Shown here piece by piece: positions 1-9,203 of a DNA stretch of 64,000 bases. Location: contig OY762209.1 in the NCBI GenBank assembly GCA_963665295.1, forward strand, positions 4,928,001 through 4,992,000. Reading direction: 5' to 3'. The translations under genes and the position numbers were made by a program. The notes below the pieces were generated by a model that was given only the letters and a program-made list of their open reading frames with translations, searched no databases and was not told the origin of the DNA. The DNA comes from Syntrophorhabdaceae bacterium (GTDB lineage Bacteria > Desulfobacterota > Syntrophorhabdia > Syntrophorhabdales > Syntrophorhabdaceae). Numbering within the stretch: the stretch's first letter is position 1; each line of letters opens with the position of its first letter.

Positions 1-1
1 A

Positions 2-1588
2 CCGACCGCTCAGGACAATATATCGGACCTCTCCCGGCTGATCCGGGAGATTAAGGCGCAGTGCGGTGTGGATGTCCTTTCCGTCGATTTCAGGATGTTG
101 AGGCGGCTGAGCGGAACATTGAGAGATGCCGGGTGGAAGGTCACCGCCACCACAGCGGCCCAAGACACGGGCCACGTGCTGATCAATGTGGAGGCGGGGG
201 ACAGGACCCTTGAGAACTATTCCATCATAATCGATATCGGCACCACAACTATATGCGGCCAACTTCTCGACCTTGCGAACTGCAGCGTGGTGCGCGTGAC
301 CGAACACAGGGAGAATGGCCGGGACCTCTGCACCCTTTCCGAATCCTCCGACTTCAACGGCCAGGTGAGCTTCGGCGAGGACGTGATATCGAGAATAGTC
401 TTTTCCCAGAAAGAAGGGGGGCTGCGGCAACTCCAGGAGGCCGTGGTCAAGACCATAGACAGGATCATAGGAGAACTCCTCGAGTCCGCGCAGATCGACC
501 CGGGTCTCATATCCCATGTCATCCTTGCAGGGAACACGACCATGACCCACCTCGTGCTCGGTATGGACCCCAAATACATCATGCACGCGCCTTACACTCC
601 CACGGCGACCTTCGTGCCGCCTGTCAGGGTCGCGGGACTCGGGATAAACCTCGGCGACCACATCCATGCCTACACCTTCCCCTCCGTTGCCTCCTACGTG
701 GGAGGGGATATCGTTTCGGGGGTCCTGGGTTCCGGCATGTTCCAGAGGGAGGAGACCACCCTTTTTATGGACATAGGAACGAACGGCGAGATCGTGCTCG
801 GCAATAAGGACTGGCTCACGTCGGCATCCTGCTCCGCGGGTCCCGCCTTCGAGGGCGGAGGCATCGAGTTCGGCATGAGGGCGGGCAAAGGCGCCATAGA
901 GCAGGTCAGGATCAACCCGTCCACCTATGAGCCCATGATCCTTACCGTGGGAAAGGTCAAGCCCATGGGCATATGTGGATCGGGTCTCATCGACATCGTT
1001 GCGGAGCTTTTCCTCACCGGCCTCATAGACCGGCGTGGAAAATTCGAGAGGCCGGCAAGGACCCGAAGGGTCAGGTCAGGCAAGAGCGGGAATGAATATG
1101 TGGTAAGTTATGGGCCTGATACGGGAATAGGCAGGGATATCGTCATCACCGAAGTCGATATCGATAACCTCATCCGGACAAAAGCGGCGGTCTACGCAGG
1201 TTGCAGGGTCCTCCTCGACAACCTCGGCCTCACCTTCCATGATGTCGACTCGGTGATTATTGCGGGGGGCTTCGGCCACTATATCGACCTCGAAAAGGCC
1301 ATCGCCATCGGCCTTCTCCCCGGACTGCCTCTGAAGAAGTTCAGGTTCGTGGGCAACGGCGCGCTCCTCGGAGCGCGCCTCGTCTCCTTTTCAAAAGGGT
1401 TTGTGAAAGAAGCGGAGAGGATCGCGCGCATGATGACCAATATCGAGCTTTCCCAGAGTCCGACGTTCATGGACGAGTTTGTGGCAGCCATGTTCCTGCC
1501 GCACACGGACGAGAAGGCCTTCCCGAAAATTACGGAATTGTTGAAAAGTACCCATGGAACACAAAAACCGGTAACCAAGGACGGGTAA
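2..1588 (+). CDS. acsV: ASKHA-domain reductive activator of corrinoid Fe-S protein (RACo/AcsV, DUF4445 family); 5' end lies outside the window
   Basis: Frame open from base 2; motifs DIGTTT, GEDVISRI, AGNTTMTHL, YVGGDI, DIGTNGE, CSAGPAFEG, GICGSG, AGGFG; located in acs cluster. Confidence 0.9.
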   Translation, partial: PTAQDNISDLSRLIREIKAQCGVDVLSVDFRMLRRLSGTLRDAGWKVTATTAAQDTGHVLINVEAGDRTLENYSIIIDIGTTTICGQLLDLANCSVVRVTEHRENGRDLCTLSESSDFNGQVSFGEDVISRIVFSQKEGGLRQLQEAVVKTIDRIIGELLESAQIDPGLISHVILAGNTTMTHLVLGMDPKYIMHAPYTPTATFVPPVRVAGLGINLGDHIHAYTFPSVASYVGGDIVSGVLGSGMFQREETTLFMDIGTNGEIVLGNKDWLTSASCSAGPAFEGGGIEFGMRAGKGAIEQVRINPSTYEPMILTVGKVKPMGICGSGLIDIVAELFLTGLIDRRGKFERPARTRRVRSGKSGNEYVVSYGPDTGIGRDIVITEVDIDNLIRTKAAVYAGCRVLLDNLGLTFHDVDSVIIAGGFGHYIDLEKAIAIGLLPGLPLKKFRFVGNGALLGARLVSFSKGFVKEAERIARMMTNIELSQSPTFMDEFVAAMFLPHTDEKAFPKITELLKSTHGTQKPVTKDG

Positions 1589-1598
1589 GGAGCAATAT

Positions 1599-2351
1599 AT
1601 GCCTAAAATATTAGCGTTTGCAGGAAAAGGCGGAGTAGGAAAGACCACTATCGGGGGGATGCTCATACGATACCTCGTGGAGGAAGTCAAAAACGGTCCC
1701 GTCCTCGCAGTGGACGGGGACCCCAATTCCAACCTCAATGAAGTGCTGGGTCTCACCTTTCACGATACCATCGGCGGGGCGCGGGAGCTCATGAAAAAGG
1801 ACGTGCCCCCGGGCATGACCAAGGACGTGTGGTTCGAGTACAAAGTAAACCAGGCGATCGTGGAAGGAAAAGGTTTCGACCTCCTTGTCATGGGCAGGCC
1901 GGAGGGACCGGGATGCTATTGCGCGGCCAACAGCCTTGCAAAAAAATCCATAGAAACGTTGAAGGACAATTATGCCTTCGTGGTGGTTGACAACGAGGCA
2001 GGTATGGAGCATATGAGCAGGCTCGTCACCCAGGACGTAGACCACCTTTATGTGATCTCCGACGCTAACCCGAGAGGGCTCACCACGGCAAAGAGGATTC
2101 TCGAACTCGCGGGGGAACTGAAGCTCAACATCGCGAACACCCACCTGATAGTCAACCGGCTGCGGGAAGAAAGCAGGGAGACCCTGGCGGGGTTTGTCCT
2201 CGAAAAGGGCCTGAACGTGAAAGGAACGATCCGCGACGACGGCGCAATAGTGAAAGCCGATGCCGCGGGCGTATCCGTCTTCGATCTGCCCCTGGGTTCT
2301 CCGGCACTAACGGACGCCTACAGGATATTCAAAGAGACGCTGAAAGCGTAG
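1599..2351 (+). CDS. cooC: CooC/AcsF-type nickel-insertion ATPase
   Basis: GKGGVGKT P-loop, DGDPNSNL, GRPEGPGCYC, DNEAGMEHMSR. Confidence 0.9.
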   Translation: MPKILAFAGKGGVGKTTIGGMLIRYLVEEVKNGPVLAVDGDPNSNLNEVLGLTFHDTIGGARELMKKDVPPGMTKDVWFEYKVNQAIVEGKGFDLLVMGRPEGPGCYCAANSLAKKSIETLKDNYAFVVVDNEAGMEHMSRLVTQDVDHLYVISDANPRGLTTAKRILELAGELKLNIANTHLIVNRLREESRETLAGFVLEKGLNVKGTIRDDGAIVKADAAGVSVFDLPLGSPALTDAYRIFKETLKA

Positions 2352-2390
2352 CGGAGAGGGTGCTGCATGGTCGAGCGGCGAGGATTTTTG

Positions 2391-2592
2391 TGTTCACTTG
2401 GACAGACTGCGGCATGGAACGAAAATTCCATATGCACCACTCTGCAAAGGGCCGCGTGCTCTGGCGTACCGAAGTACGCCGACGCCCAGCAACCCTTCAC
2501 AGCCCGGCACATCCGAAATCTCCGCCCCGTGCCGCAGTCTACTCCACCCGTCGCTATTAATTCTTTAATTAATGGATGCCGGAGAAACAAGA
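2391..2592 (-). repeat. Structured ~200-nt element, copy 1
   Basis: Reverse complement aligns along its length with 2811-3010; internal IR AGACTGCGGCA (2404-2414)/TGCCGCAGTCT (2530-2540); apical hairpin GGCGTAC-CGAA-GTACGCC. Confidence 0.85.
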
Positions 2593-2687
2593 CCTCGGCT
2601 TGCGTTGGGCACTATCATAGAGTCCAGGTTTAACCTTGGATGCACTTCTTTTCTTCAACGAGGCTTCCGATTGGGAGAGTCAATAAC

Positions 2688-2777
2688 GTGCAAAATTTGC
2701 AGGCGGTAGATTTTTTCTGCGGAGCGGGAGGAGTTACCTGCGGGTTTAGGCAAGCAGGAATAGACATTCTCGAGGGT
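2688..2777 (+). pseudogene. N-terminal stub of a DNA (cytosine-5) methyltransferase
   Basis: GGGAGA RBS plus GTG, then QNLQAVDFFCGAGGVTCGFRQAGIDIL, which is C5-MTase motif I (FxGxGG); similarity stops after ~30 codons and no PC motif follows. Confidence 0.75.
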
Positions 2778-2810
2778 GGGATCGTCCGCAAAACCTTCGC
2801 ACCCTCTGGT

Positions 2811-3010
2811 TCTATTTTCCCGGCATCCTTGTCAAAAATAAATCAATTGATGCCGGGCTGAGTGGCCGGCGGCATGGAGGGGAAGGCCCAGGTGTGCCGC
2901 GCTGTGAAGGGTCGAGGGCGTCGGCGTACCTTCGTATGCCAGAGCACCGACCCTTTGCAGAGTGGTGCAGATGGGCCTTCCCCTCCATGCGCCAGCCGTC
3001 CAAGTGAACA
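2811..3010 (+). repeat. Structured ~200-nt element, copy 2 (inverted relative to copy 1)
   Basis: Starts TCTATTTTCCCGGCATCC; hairpin CCCGGCATC..GATGCCGGG; perfect 19-bp IR 2872-2890/2972-2990; ends GTCCAAGTGAACA like copy 1. Confidence 0.85.
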
Positions 3011-3118
3011 ATAGACAAACAGCATATCACCCGACAAACAGTACCCCACAGCCCAATGTTTCTCAACCTCGCGTTGAAATTTATCACCCCTAAGTTGCTT
3101 TCAATATTTCGGATAAGT

Positions 3119-3127
3119 TGTTATAAT
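3119..3127 (+). promoter_or_regulatory. Extended -10 promoter (TG-n-TATAAT) upstream of small ORF and acsD
   Basis: TGTTATAAT in AT-rich stretch ~140 bp upstream of the ORF at 3270. Confidence 0.5.
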
Positions 3128-3269
3128 AGGGGCAATCGGACAACGGCAAAGATGCATCTGGCTGCCAATTCGGTCAGTTCATTCCACTCGTCTTCATGTG
3201 CCACGAAGGATCAAGGGGGATGAACATTCTTTTGTGACCGGCCGCTTTCCGGTCCGAAGAGGAGGGCGC

Positions 3270-3485
3270 GTGAGCGACTATCAATACGACGAGAAAGAAG
3301 GCTTCGACGGCAAAAAAGTCAGGGTCTTGGGGCCTACCTACGAAGCGGGCAAACCCGAGGGCAAAGATGACTGGACGGCAAAGCTCGACACCAGGGAAAA
3401 GGCCATGGACTACCTGAAGACAGCCCTTCGCTACTGGTACAGCAAGGACTGGTTCGGGAGCGAAAAGAGGAAGAAGGAGGCATAA
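3270..3485 (+). CDS. Small (71 aa) hypothetical protein in acs cluster
   Basis: AGGAGG RBS before GTG at 3270; host-like codon usage; Trp/Tyr-rich C-terminus (LRYWYSKDWFGSEKRK). Confidence 0.7.
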   Translation: MSDYQYDEKEGFDGKKVRVLGPTYEAGKPEGKDDWTAKLDTREKAMDYLKTALRYWYSKDWFGSEKRKKEA

Positions 3486-3642
3486 TTCCAAACGATGATA
3501 CCAAGGCGTGAGGAAGAGGCCCGAAAGCATGCACAGCGTCATTTTAGCACGCACGGCGTGCGAGAAGGGGAGGCTCGACCGGCTTTTGCCGGACGAGGGG
3601 GCGACCAAGCCCCATTAATATGGGCGTAAAAGGAGGAGAAAT

Positions 3643-4587
3643 ATGTCATTTCAGATCCCCAAAATAGATTATACGGGCCGCGTGAAGGAAGTCACCATAG
3701 GGACGGGTGCAAAAGCGGTAAAGGTTGGCGGAGAGTCGTGCTATCCTTTCTATCTCTTCGAGGGAAAGATGCCCTTCCCGCCCAGGGTAGCCTTCGAGGT
3801 GTGGGATTATGCGCCTGAAGACTGGCCCGATTGGGCAGCGGAACCTTTTAAAGATGTAATGCATGACCCCATCGCATGGGCCCGGAAGTCTATCGACGTC
3901 TACGGAGCGGAGATAATCGCCCTCGTGCTGAAGAGCGCCGACCCCAACGGACTGGACAGGGACGTGGAGGAGTCGGTAAAGGTCGTGAAAAGCGTTTCGG
4001 AAGCCATCGATGTTCCCCTGATCGTATGGGGCACCGTAAATGAGGAGAAGGACGCCGCATTGCTCCGGAGGGTAGCCGAAACCTGTGAAGGACAAAATGT
4101 CGTCGTGGGCCCCGTGGCGGAGAAGAATTACAAGCAGATAGGCGCCATGGTCATAGGATACGGTCAGGTGGTTGCCGCGTCCTCCCCTATAGACGTGAAC
4201 CTCGCGAAGCAATTGAATATCCTCCTCGGCAACCTCGGTGTGCCCGACGACAGGATCATTATCGACCCCACCACGGGTGGACTCGGCTACGGCCTTGAAT
4301 ATACCTATTCGGTAATGGAACGAGACAGGATGGCGGCCCTTACTCAGGAGGACGTGAAGCTTCAATACCCCATTATCTGCAACCTGGCCCCGGAAGTCTG
4401 GAAGACACGGGAAGCCCGGCTCACAAGAGAGGACGATCCCAAACTCGGGGACGAGACAAAACGGGCCGTGCTCCTTGAAGCCGTGAGCGCCATGAGTCTC
4501 CTTCTCGCGGGCGCGGATATTGTGATAATGCGGCATCCCGACGGGATCTCCCTCGTCAAGGATATGATCAGGGAATTGATGGGCTAG
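3643..4587 (+). CDS. acsD: Corrinoid Fe-S protein small subunit (CdhD/AcsD)
   Basis: VGGESCYPFYLFEG, SSPIDVNLAKQLN, GLGYGLEYTYSVMER, MRHP motifs. Confidence 0.95.
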   Translation: MSFQIPKIDYTGRVKEVTIGTGAKAVKVGGESCYPFYLFEGKMPFPPRVAFEVWDYAPEDWPDWAAEPFKDVMHDPIAWARKSIDVYGAEIIALVLKSADPNGLDRDVEESVKVVKSVSEAIDVPLIVWGTVNEEKDAALLRRVAETCEGQNVVVGPVAEKNYKQIGAMVIGYGQVVAASSPIDVNLAKQLNILLGNLGVPDDRIIIDPTTGGLGYGLEYTYSVMERDRMAALTQEDVKLQYPIICNLAPEVWKTREARLTREDDPKLGDETKRAVLLEAVSAMSLLLAGADIVIMRHPDGISLVKDMIRELMG

Positions 4588-4600
4588 AAGGGGGTTCGAT

Positions 4601-6547
4601 ATGGGCGAGGAAAAGACAAGAAGTATAGACAAGGCAACTGTGCAGATCCTTGAAAAAGCGGACAAGGAGCAGATCAGCACCGTGTTTTCAAGGGCTGACG
4701 AGATTAAACCCTGCCCCATAGGGGTCGAGGAGAGTTGCTGTAAGATATGCGCCATGGGCCCTTGCAGGCTCCCCCGTTCGAAGAAGGGGGAGGAAAAGGC
4801 AAGAAGGGGCGTGTGCGGCGCCACCATCGAAACCGTGGTGGCAAGGAACTTCGCGAGAAAGATCGCGGCCGGGGCAGCTTCTCACTCCGACCATGCGCGG
4901 GAGGTAGTGGAAACCTTCCTCCAGGCCGCCAAGGGCGAAGCCCAGGGATTTACAATTAAAGATGAGGTGAAACTCTTCGAGGTCGCCCTTGACTTCGGCA
5001 TAGAGGTGGAGGGCAAGACGACGAAGGAGATCGCCGTGGAGCTTGGCACCAGGGCGCTCAACGAATTCGGAAAGCAGCACGGCGAACTGACCTACGTGGC
5101 CAAGGCGCCTCTCAAAAGGCAGGAAATATGGAAAAAACAGGGCGTGACTCCGAGGGGCGTTGACCGGGAAGTGGTGGAGATCATGCACAGGACCCATATG
5201 GGTGTTGACCAGGATTACGTGCATATCCTCGAACAGGCGACCCGCTGCGCCCTTGCGGACGGATGGGGCGGGTCCATGATATCCACCGACCTGCAGGACA
5301 TAATGTTCGGCACCCCCGTACCCGTCATAGGAAGCATAAACCTCGGGGTCCTGAAAGAGGATGAGGTAAACATCGTGGTCCACGGCCATGAGCCCCTTCT
5401 CCCCGAAATGCTCGTAATCGCAAGCCGCGATCCTGAAATAAAGAGACTCGCCGAAAAGGCGGGGGCAAAGGGTATCAACCTCGCAGGCATGTGCTGTTCC
5501 GCGAACGAGGTGCTCATGAGGCACGGCATCCCCTGCGCGGGGAACTTCCTCCAGCAGGAACTCGCCCTCATCACGGGCGCAGTGGAACTGATGACCGTCG
5601 ACGTGCAATGCCAGATGCAAGGACTTCAGGATGTGGCGTCCTGTTTCCACACAAAACTGGTTACCACCTCGGACAGGGCCAAGATCGAGGGTGCCTCCCA
5701 CATGGAGTTCCACCCCGATACAGGTCTCGATACGGCGAAGAAGATACTCAGAATGGCCATCGAGAACTACCCCATGAGACGCGGGCCGGTTGTTATTCCC
5801 AGGATTACCGAGGACATGGTGGCGGGTTTCAGCCACGAAACGATCAATTACCTCCTGGGAGGTCTCTTCCGGGCGAGCTACAGGCCCCTCAACGATAACA
5901 TCATCAATGGCAGGATACGGGGAGTGGCGGGCGTGGTAGGATGCAACAACGTGCGCACCGTCCATGATTCCGCCCATGTCGCCATGATCAAGGAACTGAT
6001 AAAGAACGACGTCCTGGTTCTGACCACGGGTTGCGCGGCCATGGCGTGCGGAAAAGAAGGACTCCTGGCCCCCGAAGCGGCGAAACAATACGCGGGGGCG
6101 GGACTCGCCGAAGTCTGCGAGGCCGTAGGCATACCTCCCGTGCTCCACATGGGGGCGTGCGTCGATAATTCGAGGATACTGATCGCGGCGACGGCGATGG
6201 TAAAGGAAGGCGGGCTCGGCGATGACTTGAGCGATCTGCCCGTGGCCGGAGCGGCCCCGGAATGGATGAGCGAAAAGGCCCTTGCCATAGGCCAGTACTT
6301 CGTAGCTTCAGGCGTCTTCACCGTGTTCGGTACCACATGGCCCACCTCGGGAAGCGACAAGGTGACCCGTCACCTCTTCGAGGAATTCGAGGATATTTAC
6401 AGGGCCACGTGGGCTTACGAGACAGACCCCGTGAAGGCGGCCCACCTTATGATCGAGCACATCGACAAGAAGAGAAAAGCCCTTGGCCTTGAAAAGGCGC
6501 GGGAACGCGTCCTCTTCGATATGGCCATGCGAAGGGCCCTGACGTAA
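4601..6547 (+). CDS. cooS: Ni-Fe carbon monoxide dehydrogenase catalytic subunit
   Basis: CCKICAMGPC/CGA B-cluster; C-cluster ligands HGHEP, MCC, DVQC, GCNN, TGC, GACVDN; SEKA. Confidence 0.96.
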   Translation: MGEEKTRSIDKATVQILEKADKEQISTVFSRADEIKPCPIGVEESCCKICAMGPCRLPRSKKGEEKARRGVCGATIETVVARNFARKIAAGAASHSDHAREVVETFLQAAKGEAQGFTIKDEVKLFEVALDFGIEVEGKTTKEIAVELGTRALNEFGKQHGELTYVAKAPLKRQEIWKKQGVTPRGVDREVVEIMHRTHMGVDQDYVHILEQATRCALADGWGGSMISTDLQDIMFGTPVPVIGSINLGVLKEDEVNIVVHGHEPLLPEMLVIASRDPEIKRLAEKAGAKGINLAGMCCSANEVLMRHGIPCAGNFLQQELALITGAVELMTVDVQCQMQGLQDVASCFHTKLVTTSDRAKIEGASHMEFHPDTGLDTAKKILRMAIENYPMRRGPVVIPRITEDMVAGFSHETINYLLGGLFRASYRPLNDNIINGRIRGVAGVVGCNNVRTVHDSAHVAMIKELIKNDVLVLTTGCAAMACGKEGLLAPEAAKQYAGAGLAEVCEAVGIPPVLHMGACVDNSRILIAATAMVKEGGLGDDLSDLPVAGAAPEWMSEKALAIGQYFVASGVFTVFGTTWPTSGSDKVTRHLFEEFEDIYRATWAYETDPVKAAHLMIEHIDKKRKALGLEKARERVLFDMAMRRALT

Positions 6548-6633
6548 CGGACAGACGTAGACCTGCGGCCAGGGAGCCCCGATGGGGGTAAAAGCGGCCG
6601 TTGGCTGGTGATAGTTCTTAGAGGAGGCTTTCA

Positions 6634-8865
6634 ATGTCGAAGATAATAGCATCGGCTGCGATAAGAGGAGCGCACAAAATCTTCCGGAAAGCGGAAGAGA
6701 CATATAAGGAAGCGTTGGAGAAGTATGGACCGGAGCAGGAAGTAGGTTTTCCCAACACGGCATACTACCTCCCCATTATATACGCGATGACCGGGATAGG
6801 CGTTTCCAGGCTCGGCGACATGAAGAAGGTCCTCGATATCTGCGCAAAGCTCATACCGCCGCCTGTGCGTGAAAGAGTTGCCCTTCCGTACCTTGCCCCC
6901 GCCCTCGACGCGGGGATGGCCACGTTTTTCGCGGAAGAGATGATCGAGGCCGTGAGATACCTTGAGTCGCCCGGTTCCTATCTCGCGAACAGCGAGGATG
7001 TGAACCCCGCCGTATACTCCGGTCCGGTGAGCACAGGACTGTGGCTCGGGGCGGCAAACGACGTCATTTTCAGAAAACGGGGTGTGGAGTTCGTGGACGG
7101 TACGGCGCCCGGTTTTGCCGCCATAGTAGGGGCCGCACCCGATGCCGCCACGGCGGCGAGGATCGCCCTCGAACTGCAGGAGAAAAACCTTTACGTTTTC
7201 ATGTGCGGCGAAAACGGGGGGAAGAGGTTCGCGGAACAGCTTACCGAGGCGAAAGTCCAGGTCGGTTGGCCCACAAGGCTCGTCTCTTTCGGTCCCGACA
7301 TATATCAGGCCGTGTTTGCAATAGGTTTTGCGTGCCGCGTGGCCATGGCCTTCGGGGGCATAAAGCCCGGAGACTTCAGGCGAAACCTTATCTATAACAA
7401 GGACAGGACTTACGCATTCGTCCTTGCCCTCGGAGACGTTACGGACGAGTGGTACGCCAATGCGGCGGGTGCGATCAACTGGGGTTTCCCTACCATCGCG
7501 GACACCCCCATACCCGAGGTCCTCCCCACGGGCATATGCACCTACGAGCATGTAGTGTCGAACGTTCCCCATGACCAGATAGTCCAGCGGGCTGTTGAAG
7601 TGCGAGGCCTCAAGGTGCAGGTAGCCAGGGTGCCGATCCCCGTTTCCTACGGCCCTGCTTTCGAGGGAGAGCGGGTACGGGGCGAGGACATCTATCTTGA
7701 AATGGGCGGCGGCAGAACCATCGCCGTCGAATGGACCACGTCAAGAAGGATGGAAGAAATAGAGGACGGAAAAGTCGACGTGATAGGTCCGGACGTGTCG
7801 GATGTCGAGCCGGGAACCCGTCTCCATTTCGCCATGGTCGCCGAAGTTGCGGGCCGCAGTTTCCAGGAAGACTTCGAGCCCATACTGGAGAGGCAGAACC
7901 ATCACCTCATCAACCAGGCCCAGGGCATAATGCACATAGGGCAGAGGGATATCGCGTGGATACGGATATCGAAACAGGCCGTGGAAAAGGGCTTCACCCT
8001 GGAACACATAGGAAAGATCATCCACGCGAAGTACCACCAGGACTTCGGGGCCATATTCGATAAGGTGCAGATAAAGATATATACGGAAGAAGCCAGGGTA
8101 AGGGAGTTCCTCGACCTCGCCCGGGCGTCATACGAGCACAGAGACGCGAGGATCGAAGGGATGACCGACGAGGACGTGGATACCTTCTACTCCTGCATCC
8201 TGTGCCAGTCCTTCGCGCCTAACCACGTATGCATCGTGAGCCCCGAGCGAACGGGCCTCTGCGGCGCTTATAACTGGCTCGACTGTCGCGCGTCGAACGA
8301 AATAAACCCCGACGGGCCCAACCAACCCGTGCAGAAGGGTGATTGTCTTGATGAACGCTACGGGCAGTTTAAGGGATGCAACGATTATATACAGAAGGCC
8401 TCACGGCAGAATGTGACCAGCGTGAGCCTTTACAGTCTTATGGTGGACCCCATGACCACGTGCGGGTGTTGCGAATGTATCGCCGCTGTCCTGCCCATGT
8501 GCAACGCGATCATGACCGTTGACAGGGACTATCCCGATATGACACCGTGCGGCATGAAATTTACGAGCCTCGCCGGTTCCGTGGGCGGAGGCGCCCAGAC
8601 CCCGGGCTTCCTCGGGCACAGCAAGTATAACATCACCCAGCGGAAGTTCCTGAAGGGCGACGGGGGCCTGCTCAGGATCGCATGGATGCCGAAGAGGCTC
8701 AAAAACGAGATTTACGACAGATTGAAGGAAAGAGGGAAAGAGCTTGGGTATCCCGACCTCCCCGATATGATAGCGGACGAGACGGTTGCCGCCACCGAGG
8801 AACAGGTGCTGGAATATATCACCCAAAAAGGACACCCCTGTCTGGCTATGGAAGACCTTTTTTGA
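6634..8865 (+). CDS. acsB: Acetyl-CoA synthase (bacterial-type, with N-terminal domain)
   Basis: FPNTAYYLP, CILCQSFAPNHVC, PERTGLCGA, PMTTCGCCEC A-cluster motifs. Confidence 0.96.
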   Translation: MSKIIASAAIRGAHKIFRKAEETYKEALEKYGPEQEVGFPNTAYYLPIIYAMTGIGVSRLGDMKKVLDICAKLIPPPVRERVALPYLAPALDAGMATFFAEEMIEAVRYLESPGSYLANSEDVNPAVYSGPVSTGLWLGAANDVIFRKRGVEFVDGTAPGFAAIVGAAPDAATAARIALELQEKNLYVFMCGENGGKRFAEQLTEAKVQVGWPTRLVSFGPDIYQAVFAIGFACRVAMAFGGIKPGDFRRNLIYNKDRTYAFVLALGDVTDEWYANAAGAINWGFPTIADTPIPEVLPTGICTYEHVVSNVPHDQIVQRAVEVRGLKVQVARVPIPVSYGPAFEGERVRGEDIYLEMGGGRTIAVEWTTSRRMEEIEDGKVDVIGPDVSDVEPGTRLHFAMVAEVAGRSFQEDFEPILERQNHHLINQAQGIMHIGQRDIAWIRISKQAVEKGFTLEHIGKIIHAKYHQDFGAIFDKVQIKIYTEEARVREFLDLARASYEHRDARIEGMTDEDVDTFYSCILCQSFAPNHVCIVSPERTGLCGAYNWLDCRASNEINPDGPNQPVQKGDCLDERYGQFKGCNDYIQKASRQNVTSVSLYSLMVDPMTTCGCCECIAAVLPMCNAIMTVDRDYPDMTPCGMKFTSLAGSVGGGAQTPGFLGHSKYNITQRKFLKGDGGLLRIAWMPKRLKNEIYDRLKERGKELGYPDLPDMIADETVAATEEQVLEYITQKGHPCLAMEDLF

Positions 8866-9203
8866 GATAGCCAAAAGGCAGTGTGAGGGAATATGGGTGT
8901 CCCTTTCGAGACAGTGACGGGGGCTTGACACAGGTTGTTTTAATATTTCCGCGAGGTTTCGGCTATTGGAAAGGATTCGGAATTTTAGGGATCTGCAAAT
9001 CGGCAGAGGGAGTTGGAACCGACAAAGGCTATACAATGTTGCCCGGTCTTTTCCTTCGGAGGAGGAGTTTGGCGCGGTCTCGCACACGAGACGATCCGCC
9101 GTTTCCGGCGCCGCCCGACATTGTTGCCTCCGGACTGCCGTCAGGCTGCCCCTGGGCGGCTTTTGAACTGCCTTTAAACTGCTTTTAGAAAAAGGAGAGA
9201 GAT

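Noticed and set aside
2391..3010. Element as integron attC site, 6S RNA or SRP RNA
   Set aside because: No RYYYAAC/GTTRRRY core boxes at the stem ends; multi-copy and inverted arrangement; no SRP or 6S signature recognised
2318..3087. Short ORFs with shared peptides (HHSAKG, VRRRP, RMPGK), also 57850-58194
   Set aside because: The shared peptides jump between frames in different copies; they are by-products of the non-coding repeat
3646..7572. Long antisense ORFs over acs genes, and similar shadow ORFs across the window
   Set aside because: GC-rich codon-bias shadows of well-supported genes
8866..9203. Cobalamin riboswitch or 101-aa ORF before acsC
   Set aside because: Only AGGGAA..GGTG matches; B12-box and GCCACTG/GGGAAG elements are absent; the ORF has no RBS or protein-like features
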